Below, piece after piece: positions 14,695 through 30,109 of a stretch of 64,000 nucleotides of DNA. Numbering within the stretch: position 1 is the stretch's first letter; each line of letters begins with the position of its first letter. Made by a program: the position numbers and the translations under genes. Under the pieces are notes generated by a model, which did not search any database, was not told where the DNA came from, and worked only from the letters and a program-made list of their open reading frames with translations. The stretch comes from Octopus sinensis (taxonomy: Eukaryota): contig NC_043017.1 of NCBI RefSeq assembly GCF_006345805.1, positions 2,852,001-2,916,000 of the forward strand, read 5' to 3'.

Positions 14695-14770
14695 GCTATT
14701 ATTACTATTATTGCTATTATTGTTATTATTATTATTATTATTATTGTTGTTGTTGTTGTTATTATTTTCC
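14525..14770. repeat. Compound trinucleotide array (ATT)n-(CAT)n-(ATT)n-(GTT)n
   Basis: Direct inspection. Confidence 0.95.
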
Positions 14771-15679
14771 TATTGTTGTTCCCCTTTTTTTGGCGATGGG
14801 GGTGCTGTATGTTTTTAGATTCCATTAATATTTGCATTAGTGATGCATATATCATTGATAACAACACCGGTTTGTGTATTAAAAAAAAAAGGTAAACGAA
14901 ACGTAATACATTAGCGACATATTACTGAGAAGTTAAGATGTGTGGGATTTTCACACAGTAAATGTTGGGTAACATCAATGTCATAGATAGCATTTTCATA
15001 CATCAGGTGATGCTGTTGTTTAGCCAAAAAGATTGGCCTTGGTCGCGAAGACACACGATCAAATACATTCCAGTCTTTTACACCTTCCGTTTTACTTTTA
15101 TCTCAGAACTGATCCTATTCACAATTACATTATTCCATTAAAACCTTCCAAAGTTTAAAGTAGTACAGTGTAATTCGTTTGAGATTTGGTTGGATTTTTT
15201 CTTTCAGTTGTTTTAGTAACCACGTAGAAACTATTACTTTATCTACCTCAGACGATAACGAATATGAAGTGATTTCATTTTTACTTTTTTCTTGTTTCTA
15301 TCATTAGACAGTGGCCATGCTGCAGCCCCTGCTTGAAATTTTTGTTGTTGAATGAATCAATCCCTGTACCTATTTCTAAAGCCTGTCACTTATTTTATTA
15401 GTCCTTTGCCCAGCCACAAAGTTACAGTTTACGGGGACACAAATACATTAACACCGGATATTATTATCATTATTAATATTTTTATTACTTAAGGGTTTCT
15501 TTCAGTTTCCGTCTACCAAATCCACTCACAAGTTGCCACGGAGTGGGAACGAATCCAGAACCATGTGGTTGGTAAGCAAGCTACTTACCACACAGCCACT
15601 CCTGCGATGATATATATGTATGTATACATATATATATGTGTGTGGTGAGGCAAATCGTTGCTAAACCCTTAATTACTTA

Positions 15680-15738
<59 letters not shown>

Positions 15739-16495
15739 AGATACATATATATGTATATGTATAACGCGAACACGTTTATGTAATGCTGAATTATGTAATG
15801 GGGAATTATGTAACATGTTCTTATGGTTCAAACCGAACAAATTGAGGTGGATTTGTACGCGACGAAATTAGCATATACCCGCAACAAACATCCTCCTCTG
15901 TTTAAAACAAACACATACACACACGCGACCACACACGCAGACGCGCACGCGGACACACACGTTGTGAAAGACACAGGTACAGAGATACACAGATATAGAG
16001 GAGATAAGATGAACGACAATGTATCAGAATAAAATTATATCTCCACCACCGATTGTCCAAACATGAAATAAAATTTAAAAAAACGGGAAGAAAACAATGT
16101 TCCAAACTCGTCGTGAATTATTCAGTGACGATTACATGTCATTCAGATTATCTTAGCTGTTTTAAATTTAAAGTTTTTTTCTAATCTATTCAGTATAACT
16201 CAACGAAAAAATAAAATGAAAGGCAGAAAGAAAGAATGAAAGATAGTAAGAAATAACAACGTTCTTGGAGACTTGCCTGGGGGAATTGATGTCTTTTAAT
16301 ATAAGGTTAAAGATCGTTTTGTCGTATGAAACGGGTTTTGAAAGTTGAACGAATAAAACGATTGTCTCTCTGGCGAAGCCAATCTGTTAAACAATATTTA
16401 ACGCAATACGCATGTATGTGTGTGTGTGTATGTATTTGTGTTCTCGTGTGCGTATGTATATATATATATATTTATATTTACATATATATATATGC

Positions 16496-16529
<34 letters not shown>

Positions 16530-17154
16530 ATATATATACATATATAAATATATATTCATAGATACAAATATACACACACTTATATACATACATATATATG
16601 TGTAAGTACATACATACACACACATATATATATATATGTAGGTTTTGTTTATAAGTATATATAATACACATATACGTACACGTTCATATGCATACATATG
16701 CATACATATATAATAAAATACAACATAATAAACATAATATTCGTGTGTGTGTGTGTAAGTTTTCAACTTTCTAACCTTGATTTCACGTTTAAATATTTAA
16801 AAATATATAACAACCATTTTTTTAAACTTTTATATTTTGACTTCTAACCCCTCATTGTTTTTCTTTGTCCCTTACAATAGAACTTAAAGCAGTTAAAAAA
16901 TTAATGTTTATATACATGGCTAGTATTGTTGTCGTTTTCTGAATATATTCAGAATTTAATTCCACCGGGTAATTAACATATGTAAAAATTACTCCTATTT
17001 CTTTTACTCATTATTAGAATAAAGTTTATTCATGTTTTTTTTTTGTTTTTTTTAACTTTTGTTTCTTTGTTATTTATAAAATTAAGATTTTGCCTCAGAA
17101 ATTATCATTTTTGTCAATGTGACCGTCATCATCATTGCCATCGACCTTGCTTGA

Positions 17155-17198
17155 CAATTATTATTATTATCATTATTATTATTATTATTATTATTATA

Positions 17199-17288
<90 letters not shown>

Positions 17289-17545
17289 TATTATTATTTT
17301 TATTATTAACGTCGTTGAGACATGTCATATCGCGATCGTCATCATCAGCATCTTCATCGTCATCGCCGTTCTCCTCCCCTAATCTCCACTCGTACTACGA
17401 CAACCACCAACTCCCCACTCTTCCTTGTCATTATCAGTGATGTTGCCGTCATCATAAACTTCCTTGCCATCATCACTATCATTATCGTCTTCATCATTAT
17501 TTTCATAACCGCTATTCTTATCATAATCACCATAATCGCCATACA
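17155..17545. repeat. (ATT)n array grading into degenerate (CAT)n
   Basis: Direct inspection. Confidence 0.9.
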
Positions 17546-17585
17546 TATTTCTGTTATTTATGTCTCATATTTAGCTTCTTTTTTG

Positions 17586-17621
<36 letters not shown>

Positions 17622-17658
17622 TATATAATAATATACACACATACACACACACACACAG

Positions 17659-17699
<41 letters not shown>

Positions 17700-17805
17700 T
17701 ATATAGGTATATATATATGTATATAATATATATGTATATATATATATATATTATATATGGATATTTATATATATGAATATATATATAATATATATATTTA
17801 TATGA

Positions 17806-17855
<50 letters not shown>

Positions 17856-17980
17856 TATATATGTATATATATATATATATGAGTGTGTGTGTGTATGTAT
17901 GTATGTATTTTTAATTCTTCGGCGTTTCAATATTGACAAACGTGTAGTCTTCCCATTTACACAGACACGAACACACACAT

Positions 17981-18014
<34 letters not shown>

Positions 18015-19149
18015 TACACACCACACAATCACACTTTTACATACGAAAGTTGGTGCTCACAAAATACCCGCATTCATACAAAACCCATATGTTGACACGC
18101 AGATAAAGCCCTAAGCCTCTCTCATATGAAATCCACCGCAAACTAGAAAATAATCATAGGAACACACACACAGAGATATATTCATGCATAGGTAAATACG
18201 TATAAAGTTATACAAGTATATATAAACACATATGTTCAAAGTCAGGGAAACGCATAGAGAGTGAAACTGACGCACGAAGGAGCATACGGAAGCGCATTCA
18301 CATACCCATTCATAAATACATTCATAACCGTAAAACAATATGTGACTGCAGGCATGCGCACTCGTTAGCATTCTCATACACAAGTCCGTAGATAGGTACA
18401 CCTCGCTCACAACCAAGGCAGTAACACATAACAATATGAATCCATATATAGACAAATGCATGTTAATTTAAGACATATACAAACGTGGGCACACACACCG
18501 ATAAACGTACCTATTCATACTTATACGACAAAGATTGTGTAAACGAGTACATCTTTACATTTTCTTTCAGCGCACACACGCGCAGAAACACACGCGCACA
18601 CACGTACACAGACAAACACACACACACACACAAAAACACACGTACATATTGTTACATATTTAGAAATAAATGCGTTTCTACGCAACTGTGTTTGTGCATA
18701 TATATATTGTGTATATATATATATTATATTGGCACGGCCAAATGAATGACTCCAATTGCATAAGCTCACAGAAATATTGTCCTGCTTATTCACAGAAGAA
18801 CAATACGAAGATGAACTTCTTACCAAACCTTAAACACGGAGTTCAAGCGTTCACAACGCAAGTTGATGCTCCGGGGACAGATTCGCTGAAGTGACAGCAT
18901 TAATTCTTGCAGACGTAGAAAATTGAATTTCACATTTAATATCTTACAATAACAACGACAACAACAGCAGAAACAAAAACAACCAAGATGATAAGGACGA
19001 CGAATGCAGCAACAACGTGAATGTGAACCATAACAAATCACGTGTATTTGAATGACAAGTAGCTGCATCGACCAGGGGCGCCTGCTGCATAAAAACGTAA
19101 CAGCAAATAGTCATAGTTGAGTGTTCAGTCAATATATTTTCTGTTATCT

Positions 19150-19460
19150 TGTATTTGCTTCAGTCATTTGACTTCGGCCATGCTGGAGCACCGGCTTTAG
19201 TCGAGCAAATCGACCCCCAAGACTTATTCTTTGTAAGACTAGTACTTATTCTATTGGTCTCCCTTGCCGAACCTCTAAGTGACGGTGGACGTAAACACAC
19301 CAGCATCGGATGTAAAGCGATGCTGGGGGCACAAACACGCACACACAAACAGATACATACGCATACACATATATATATACGACTGGCTTCTTTCAGTTTC
19401 CGTCCACCAAATCCACTGACAAGGCTTTGGTCGACCCGAGGCTATAGTAGAAGACACTTC
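19150..19460 (-). mobile_element. SINE family A, head truncated
   Basis: CAGTCATTTGACTTCGGCCATGCTGGAGCACCG...GAGGCTATAGTAGAAGACACTT. Confidence 0.85.
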
Positions 19461-20913
19461 ACACTGCTGAGAATCGAACCCTTTACCTCACGATTGTCAT
19501 TCGAAGAATTTAACTGCAGTCTAATGACCGAAACAAGTAAAACATTAAAAAAAAATAATAAGACATGATATTCTATAAAACAAATCTGTAGACTTTTGCC
19601 AAAACCTTGTACGTAGGTAGTTGCTAACAATTTGTCTTTTATACAATAACTTGGTCGCAAAAAATATAAACCAGTTGAACCAGACTTGTTTCTTATATTG
19701 GATCTCATTAGCTCCACAAAGTACACACTTTAACTTTTCACCGAGAGACTTTTTTTCTAGAAAGCCATTATCATTAATTGCCTAGCTAAATCCTATAAAA
19801 CGATTGTAACACATACATACGTTCACCCACCTACACATCTATCTATCTATATATATATATCTATATATACGTATATATATATGTATGTGTGTGTGTGTAT
19901 TTATATATGTCCCTCTGTGTGTGTATGTGCGTCTGTGTATGTCTTTGTATATATCTGTGCATAAGAATGTTCTTGTTTGTATGTATAAATAAGAGACCGA
20001 TATGTTTTAAAATAAGTTAAGAGATATATGTAAACAGATAGATACTAAAATGACATATCAACATTAAATGAAAACTTCTTTTCTCCAGAAATTACTTGTT
20101 TCTTTGATTCCTTTAATACAAAAAAAAAAAAAATAATAAAAAAAAACGAAAAACCCTTCACTAATTCAAAACGTTTTTTTCTTTTCTTTAGAGAACAGAA
20201 ACCTAATTTTTCTTCGAAGTCCCCACCCAAAATTCAGTACATGTATTATGGGCATCGCCACTTTTATTCTAAATATTTACATCTAATAGCCGGTGTAGCT
20301 TGTTTGAAGTCAATATACCAATTATTTACATGAAAGTGTTTCTAGATTCGGGACAATTATAACAGATAACTTATTTTATACATTAAAGAAATTTGGCTTT
20401 CTCTTTACAATTTATTTACAATTTCAATTATTTCTATTATTTACTGCGGGAAAAAGAAAGAAAATAATCACAGTAATATACAATAAATTATAAATACTAA
20501 CAAAGCGCTTAAACGAAAATAATACGTATATGCATGTATCTATATATGTATATGTACATATATTTGTATGTGTGTGAGCGAGGGTGTGTGTACAAATGTA
20601 TATACATATAATTAAACTAAAAAAAAAGAAGTTAGCTTGTGTATATATCGTTATTTTGTGTTCATGTCCCTTCTGTCGGCACCATTCATTTAGAGAACAA
20701 TTTAGAAGTGGAAAAAGTATATATACCTGCATGCATATATATACATAAATACATACGTACAAACATGCATACGTACATAAATCCATAACGAGAGAGAGAG
20801 AGAGACAAGCGTACATACGCACATATATATATATACATGCATACGCATATATATTCATATAGCTATATATATTGATATGCATATGTACACACCGATATAC
20901 ACATATATACATA

Positions 20914-20984
<71 letters not shown>

Positions 20985-21725
20985 ATATATCTCTCTCTCT
21001 ATCTATCTATCTATCTATCTCTCTCTCCTCTCTCTCTCTCTATATATATATAATATATATATATATATTATATATTATATATACGTTCATAGAGCAGTAG
21101 ATTGTTATGTATATATATTAATATGCATATGTATGTAGATACATGCGTACACATATATATATAGATAATATATAAGCATATAAATACATACACAGAAGCA
21201 CACACAGACAAACACAACACACACACACACACACAAACACACATGCACGCACATATATATCAAGAGAGAAAGTGAGAGAGAGAGACTGAATGAGAAAGAC
21301 TTAGATGGATTGGACGAACTCTATAAAATTAACAAATAATTGGTATTATCGTTCGTAGTGTTTTAAGGTTACCGTGTGCATTTTATATAAATACCTAAGG
21401 CCTTCCTTTAAATCTATCTGTCTATTATCACGTAAGTAATTTGTATATAAACACAACGAAATTTGCTTTCAGCTTCGTTGCTGAGAAGATTTCAATGGAA
21501 ATAACAGGTCAGGTTTTGAATAAACATTTTACTGACTGGTTTCTTGTTGTGGAACTTGTTGATATTGCTGTCGTTGTTACTGTTGCTGCTGCTGCTGTTT
21601 TTAATGGTGATGTTATTGTTGTTGTTGTTATTGTTGTTGTTCCTCTCTTGTTCTGTTTTTTGGTGTCCATATTCACATTTTATCTCTCTTAATATGTATA
21701 TATGTACGCTTGTCTGTTTGTATGC

Positions 21726-21758
<33 letters not shown>

Positions 21759-21792
21759 TGTATGTATGTATGTATGTATGTATGTATGTATG

Positions 21793-21833
<41 letters not shown>

Positions 21834-22374
21834 GTGTATCTATCTATCTATCAAGGCACACAGAGGCATACACATACACACACACACATATATATATAAG
21901 ATCCTGGTAAGGTGTAAAGTTAGGCTATTTCCAGAGAAGCACTCGACCCGAATACTAGGCTATCAACACTGTCGGGTTCCAGGCCAAGGCGGAATTCCTC
22001 AGGTGTAGACCATCACACCGTAAAGTTTGTTTGGCGAAGAGCAAATAATCGAAATGACAAGAAGACAATGGAAATCCTTTGACATATCTGACAGAATACG
22101 TTTGATGCAATTGTGATAAAGTGTCTCTCCAATGCCTAAAACCGCAAACATTATGTAAATTTTAACTTCGAAATTTTCTGTAAACTGTAGTTACAGATAG
22201 TGTTGGTACAGAACAAATCATTGAGGATACATTAAACAACTTTTCTTGATTTTTTTTCTTATCATCTGGTATACATATGTATACACATACACAGACACAC
22301 ACAAAACTTTTTTTTTTAATTCCAGCTCAAAAGTTGTGTCCATGCTGGGGCACTGCGGTTTTGTTACACTGTCA

Positions 22375-22610
22375 TTATTGAGATCTTCCTCTAATATGTG
22401 GGATTTGGTAAATAAGGGAGTTTGATGTCGCTACCATCATTTGCACCTCTTGCTGCGAGGTAGATTCGTCTGCGACTCTCGACAGGAAGAGGTCCACTTT
22501 TGATTTGAAAACACCTACATCCACTTTGTGTAGGCCCCTCAGGCTCTTTGGGAAAATATTAAAAAGCTGTAGTCTCCTGATCACCGCTGGTCACAATGCG
22601 CTTCGTATTG
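22375..22610 (-). mobile_element. CR1/L2-group LINE ORF2 3' end fragment
   Basis: Minus frame LQLFNIFPKSLRGLHKVDVGVFKSKVDLFLSRVADESTSQQEVQMMVATSNSLIYQ resembles the terminal motif PxLFNxLP...FKxxLDxFL..PDEP...A.SNSL. Confidence 0.75.
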
Positions 22611-22754
22611 TTTTAGCCTTCAAATGACGCCACCCCGCTGGCTAAGCGAGCAGGCCAACAGAAGAAAGAATGAGAGAAAGTTGTGGCGAAACAGTACAGC
22701 CAGGGTGGTCGCCACCACCCCTGGCCGGAGCCTCGTGGCTGAGAATCGAAACTG

Positions 22755-22797
<43 letters not shown>

Positions 22798-25700
22798 ATA
22801 TATACGGAGTAAACACATAAATGTGAAACAAGGTGGAAAAAGAGTACTCAAATACCAGTGTAGAGTAATGCTTAAAATAAGTATATATTATATTATATAT
22901 ATATATATTAATTTGTATGTGTCTGCAAACATAATACATATATAATATATACATGTCTATCTATATTCACTCGTTAAACTTTAGCTACACACATTCATTC
23001 ACGTGTGTGAAGCCATTTTGAATGTTTTCATTGCGAACGTGTTTATAAAATAATGCATGAGACGATGTATCTTCTGCGCCATTACTTTCGTTTGTTTATG
23101 ACGTGTAGACGTCAATTTTGCTTGTGTTCTTTTCTGTTGAGAACCGCTTTTATGCTTATAATATTTTTTATTATTTGTTTTTCTCTTATCATTTATATTC
23201 CATCGATGTCTACTAACTGTCGATCATGACATAAGAAACACAAGCCTGTCGTTTTCCGTCGTAACGTGCGATTCAACTCTAACAGGTAGAATCTTTATTT
23301 CCCGTTGGTTCAAATTCGTCATCAGTGTTAAAATTCAAAAATGTAAAATCAAAATATTAATATAAAAAATTTTAATCTAAATTTAACCACTGCAGGTTAT
23401 GAAAATCAAACAAAGTTTAATGTTACAGATGCTAGATACATTTGAAGGAGGGTGAAAATCCAAGTTCAATATGATTGGATTTCAAAAGCATGGATTTAGT
23501 TTGTCTCATGTTTCTAGTCGAAAACACAGTCTAGTTGATACGAGCACTAAGATCCAATAACAGTTAAAAATGGCAGCAAATATTAATGAAATATAAATAA
23601 CGAAATATTTAAATATATACAAAAATTTTAAATACGTATTAAAAAATACACATTGTAAATGGAGATGCCATGGGGGGAATTATGGATTATAATTATAATT
23701 AGGAATTATTTTACAAAATTTAATTAAAGATATAAAACAAATATTTCCTTATTATTTTTTGTCTTTTCTTTTTATTCCTATAAATATCATTCCTAAAACA
23801 AAATCAGAAATAGAATTAGAAATTAGAACTGAAATACGAGAAACTTTTTTGTTATTTTTCTTTACAGAATTTTACAGAATTTTAGCAAAATTTGTTTATT
23901 TTTAAAACAACAAAAATTGAAGGAAAAATGAAATGAAAAAAGGAAACATTTAAAAACTAAAATAAACTGATTTAGTCTTCGAATTGCACAAGAGCTGATT
24001 CTACAGCGTAATCCACAATACGACACACAAAAAAAAAAATATTATATATACAATGGCGGAAAACAACAAGAGACACGTGTGATCATGTTAAATATTTTCT
24101 GTTCATTTACTAATATGCTGTGATATTTGGCTTTGCGTAAAACTTACGGTGTTGGTTTCATATTTTTTTTAAATAAATTTACTCTTTTATTTTGTCATGT
24201 TTATGTAATCAAACAACTCGTTCGTCATTTGAGACGAAGCTGCTGTTACGCATGGATTGTTTTATTTATTTTTTTCCGTTCAATAAATCCATAGAGATGT
24301 GCTTAAATACGGGGTGGAGTTATACATGATGCAATTCCAATATTATTGAATCATTATGACCGAGAAAATACAGAACGCCAACGGCTAATTTATCAACCCG
24401 AATGTAAGCTTTTAATGTTTGACTTGTATCAGTCATTTGACTACGGCCTTGCCGGAGCATCGCCTTTGGTCGAAGATATCGACCCCAGGACTTATTCTTT
24501 GTAATCCTAGTACTTATTCTATCGGGCTCTTTTGCAGTAAATATATATATATATATATATTATTATATGTTTACGTATTTCGTTCAGTTTCTGTACACCA
24601 AACCCATTTACAAGTCAACTTACTGCATGACAACATTTTTGACTCCCATTTCGGCCCATGATCAGCATAATCGGATGATTGGTTAATTTGTTTACATCCA
24701 CCCCAGTGTTCAATTGGTACTTATTTTATCGACCACAAAGGGATGAAAGGTAAAGTCAACCTCGGTGAAATTTGAACTCAGAATATGAAGGCGGACGAAA
24801 TGTCGCTTAACATTTTTCCAGGTGTTCTAACGATTCTGCCAGATCTTTGTCTATATGCATGTTGAAATATTCATTCAAATTCTGGCACAAGGCCAGCAAT
24901 TGAGGAGATGTTGGTACGTTGTTTACATCGATCTCAGTTTTCGACTTCTACTTATTTTATCAAACCAGAAAAAAAATTAAAAAATAACAAAGTGGACCTC
25001 GGCTGAATTTGAACTCAGAAGGTAAAGACGAAATGCAGCTTGGCAATTTTCGCGGCTTGCTAACGATTCAGCCAGTTCTCGCTGATTTATCACATTATGA
25101 AATATCAAGCGAATCTTCGTAGATCCAAACACTTGTGGGATTCAGTAACAACGGTCAAGCCCGGAAACGAAAGATAATAATATATTAAAACAAATGTATC
25201 ATGAAAACTGAATAACGATTGTAAATACCTATAGTATATTCATTATTTAATTGCAAAATGGACAATGGTTGGCAGCGCGAAATATTGTTAAAACAATATA
25301 TAATAGAAAATGATGTCTGGAAGTTAGTTTAGCAGGTGAAAGAAATATATTATAGCTAAAACGTTTAATAATAGCGCTAGTAATTGCTACTGGTGATAGA
25401 AAAGACAATAATTTATGTTCGTTCATCTCATAGTGGAAATATATAATCACAATAAATCATCTGTTATTAATACACACGTAGTTCTTCCAATAAATCACAA
25501 GAAATCAAACAATCTTCGTGGAAATTATAGAAAAAAACATGAATCATAATAATACGAATTGGTTCCAATATAAGGACAATGGAAATAAGCTGGGGCGGGG
25601 GTGGGTGATGATTGAGGTGATAAAAGGGTAACTATGACGATAGCAGTAATAACTGGTACACAGGATCTGGTGTAATAATTATAGCATCACACTCGCATAT

Positions 25701-25798
25701 ATGTGTGTGTGTGACAGAGATTATGTGTGTGTTTATATATGTATATAAGCATCTTGCATGCATATATGTGTATACATACGTATATATATTTATACGTG

Positions 25799-25843
<45 letters not shown>

Positions 25844-25957
25844 ACATGTATAAATATATATACGTATGTATATACATATATATATATACATGCATGGTGC
25901 TTATATACATTAATACACACGCAATCTCTCTCTCTCTCTCTCTTTCTCACACACACA

Positions 25958-26047
<90 letters not shown>

Positions 26048-26699
26048 ACTTCAAGGTCAGTAAATTCAGCGAGGAGTGGGTAAGTCGATTACGTCGCACC
26101 TAGTGCTGAACTGATCGATATTGCATCGATCACGAAAGGGTGAACAGTCAAGTGGACCTCGGTGCAATTTAAACACAGAACATGAATAAGGTCGAAATGC
26201 CGATAAGCATTTTGTCCGGCTTGTTAACAATTCCGCTAGCTCACTGTCTTCACACACACACACACCATATTAACATGCCATTGTGTGTAGTACAAAAACA
26301 TCACTAACAGTTACATAATGCAAGACACGCAAGACGATGCGAAAGCATCATGTCCAATGCAATATATTCGAAGCAGGAATTTACGTTTGGAATGGTGCAA
26401 CCAGTCTGGCTATACTGACACGTAACCATTCCCAAAATTCTAAAAATATGAGAATTAGATTCCGCGCTACCAATTACTCTTGTAGATATGTTAGTACGAA
26501 GGTTTGATCATGTGTCTCGCCACATAGATACAACCCTCAAAATAAACGTTCTGATATAAGGATATTATAGAATATGTTTAGCATGCAGTTAAATCACAGG
26601 TTCGTAGATGTTAAAATTCATATGATTTACCAATAGAGAAAAGACGTTCGGCTTCTGCTTGCATGGTTATCTCGCATTTATCAAACCGTTCCAAATTTT

Positions 26700-27060
26700 A
26701 ACGCTATAGATTCTATTCGAGGGGCTTGCTGAAATGTGTATCGCGAAAGGCCTGTTTGCAGGCCCAACATTCTGAGTTCCTTTTCAGAGCTTAGAAAAAC
26801 TGAAGAACTGCTGCAATAAGTGTATGAATCTGAAAAGGGGGAAATGTTGAATGAAATCATAATTAACTGATCGTCCTGTATTTTCTTTTACCAAGTCTGG
26901 GAACTTTCCAACAACCTCTTGTTACTTTAATGGTAGAAAACCGACGGCTCACTGCAAAAAGTGTGTGAATCTGAGAGTTGAATATTTGGAATAAAATCAT
27001 AATTAACTGATTTTTCTTCTACCCAACGCTAGGAATTTTACAACACCCTCTCGTATTATT
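26700..27060 (+). mobile_element. mariner 3' end remnant, terminal ~130 bp present twice in tandem
   Basis: QHSEF..LEKLKNCCNKC and KCVNLRVEYLE* resemble the mariner terminus (KCIELRGEYVE*). The second copy ends CTAGGAATTTACAACACCCTCTCGTA. Confidence 0.6.
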
Positions 27061-27084
27061 TCTTAAAAAATAAAATAATTGTAC

Positions 27085-27330
27085 CTTCTCGAGCCATGCT
27101 TGGCTCATAAGGGCCGGTTTCCTGGTTTCAGTGGTGTAGAAATTACCCACCTGGAAGGGACGCTGGTCCGTCTCAGGATTACTCATTTTTACCAGATGAG
27201 TGGACTGGAGCAACGTGAAAATGAAGTGTTTTGCTCAAGAACACAACGCGTCGCTCAATCCAGGAATCGAAACCACAACCTTACGTTCATAAGTTCAACA
27301 CCCTAACCACTAAGCCACGCACCTCCACGA
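27085..27330 (-). mobile_element. SINE family C
   Basis: Reverse complement of 6705-6952. Confidence 0.8.
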
Positions 27331-27945
27331 ATTATGTCTTAGGGCATCCATATGGAATTCAATAATTGGCGAGCGGGGAAGTAAGTTGTGGTTTCGACAC
27401 TTCAATCCCTCTCGTCGTGGATGTTGTCAGAAATTTTTATGCGAATATTGCTAACTGTATATTCAGAGATCCCAGAATAGTTCGCCCAGAATTATTCTAA
27501 AAATCGATATGTTGTGGATTGCTTTGGACAGGTTTTTCGATCAGCAGTACACAATAGTTGCACAATCATTCGTTAAAGCGTGAAATATTTAAATTACTTT
27601 CAGTATATTTGCTTTTTTATTATGCTTCAGTTTTCGTTTTAAATATACGGCGGGCAGTTTGATTTTTTAAAATCCTTTCGACACGTGAGCTTCCAAATCA
27701 ACACAATTAATGCATAATGTGTGTGCGTGTGTGTGCATGTGTGTGTGGATAATTGAATATATATATATATTTGTATATATATTTATATCTGTATATAATA
27801 TATAATTTTTGTATATATACATATATATACTTTATATATAAATATAATATATATATACTATTTATATATATATATACACATGTATATACGTACATATATT
27901 TTATATAGTAACAAATACATAGATATAACATTTATTATATTTATA

Positions 27946-27982
<37 letters not shown>

Positions 27983-29039
27983 GCATATATCATATTATGC
28001 ATGTATGTATATAACTATATATAATATATATATATATAATATATATATATTATATATATATATATATAATATATATATATATACTATATAGATATATATA
28101 AATATATTGTTATATACGTATATTATACATAGGGATATGCATATGTATAAATATATGTATATATATTTGTATATCTGTGTGCGCATTTGTGTGAGTGTGT
28201 GTCTGACAGCGTATGTACTCACGTATTATTGTATATAAAACTGCACAAATATTCTGTATGTATATTTTAAAACAATATAAAAATCTGCTCACAAACGTAG
28301 TTATAACCAATCCGAATCCAATATATTCTAAATGCATTTCTATCTCAATTACATGGCAAGGGAATACGAATACCTTTTAATAGCGATACTGGAATTGAAA
28401 ATAATGAAAGCATTCTATATTCAATAATGAAAGCATTATTTTTGTATTGTTTCACTTTCTCAACGTCTACAAAGCTGTTCTTTCAATTTATTAAGGATGA
28501 AAATGTAATTATGAATGGAAACTAAATATATTTAAATAATTCAAACAGAAGCCAAGCATAAATAATATATAAAATATACAAATCTTTAAAACTATGTTTT
28601 TATATCAGTAAACTTATACATACACACATACATACATACATACAGCATTTCTATCAAAGTCATTCACCTGATGTCGTGCCAGAAACACAGTTGCTGCGAC
28701 TGTTAGATCGTAGGTATTTATATAATTATTTATAAAATAATTTGTGTGATAGTATTGTATAAAAAACTCACCAAGTAACTGCTGATGCCATTACACAGAA
28801 ACAATTGTTGTGTTTGTAATTAAAGCCTGCATATTCCAGCTTGCGATATAAAGTTTTTATATATTATGCTGGCGTGACTCTTTGATAAGAAGCATTTTTC
28901 ACAACCATATGGTTCCGATTTCAGTTCCACGACGTGGCACCTTGGGCAGACGTCCTCTACTGTAGTCTCGGACTGACCAAAAACTTTTCAGTGGATTTGA
29001 TAGACGGAAACTGAAAAAAGCCTGTCGTGTACATATGGC

Positions 29040-29094
29040 AATAGACAGACTGACAGACAGACAGACAGATAGATAGATAGATAGATAGATAGAC

Positions 29095-29173
<79 letters not shown>

Positions 29174-29174
29174 T

Positions 29175-29258
<84 letters not shown>

Positions 29259-29260
29259 GC
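29040..29260. repeat. (GATA)/(GACA)n tetranucleotide array inside a SINE-A copy
   Basis: SINE-A 5' half at 28905-29030, 3' half at 29540-29740. Confidence 0.9.
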
Positions 29261-29426
29261 AATATAAACTTCATTTAATCAAAGTAACCTTAGCCAGATT
29301 AGTAGCCTGCGGTATACACCTCACTTAGATATATACCCCCTCCGTGGTTCCGCTCGCTTTGAAATATATGAAACCCAGATATTACCTACTCCATTCCTTA
29401 ATTCTTGTGTTTATATATATATATAT

Positions 29427-29466
<40 letters not shown>

Positions 29467-30109
29467 TACATATATATATATATATGTGTGTGTATGTATA
29501 TATTTATTTATGTTTTGTGCGCACGCGCCGTGTATACGCTCGCCACCACCGCTTAACAACGGATGCTGGTGTGTTTATATCCCCGTAACCTGGCGATTTG
29601 GCAAAAGATACACATAGAATAAGTTCTAGGCTTGCAAAGAGTATGTCCTGGGTACGATTACTTTTACTAAAACTCTTTGAGGCAGTGCTCCAGCATGGCT
29701 GCAGTCAAATGACTGAGACAAGTAAAAGAAATAAAAGAAAAGTGCATATGTGTATACGTGTGGGGCATATGTTTAATATCAATCCTTTGAGCCCGTAACA
29801 CCGGTGGATGGTTTATTTTTGTCTATACCGTAGCACGGTTCAGGAGAGCTTACTGAATCATTCAACGGTTTAGATTTCCGTGAATTCACCTTATCAACTT
29901 GTACTAATGTGATAACCGCCAACAGGGCAAAGTTTCGGCTCTTGAGTCACCCTTTCTCTCTTCTCCTCAAGTAAACTTTCAAAATCTCAATTGAATCAAG
30001 GCAGACGATCTCCTGGCATGACAAAGCAAACATTCTTGTGGGTAAAGAGATGATATGTACGCCTCGTAGTGGTACAAAGAGATACATTACGATATTGAAT
30101 ATTTCATAA

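Noticed and set aside
14445-14895. Poly-L/H/Y/I ORFs
   Set aside because: Pure trinucleotide-array translations.
23152-23229. Signal-peptide-like MLIIFFIICFSLIIYIP
   Set aside because: T-rich DNA trivially encodes hydrophobic residues, and the frame stops after 25 codons.
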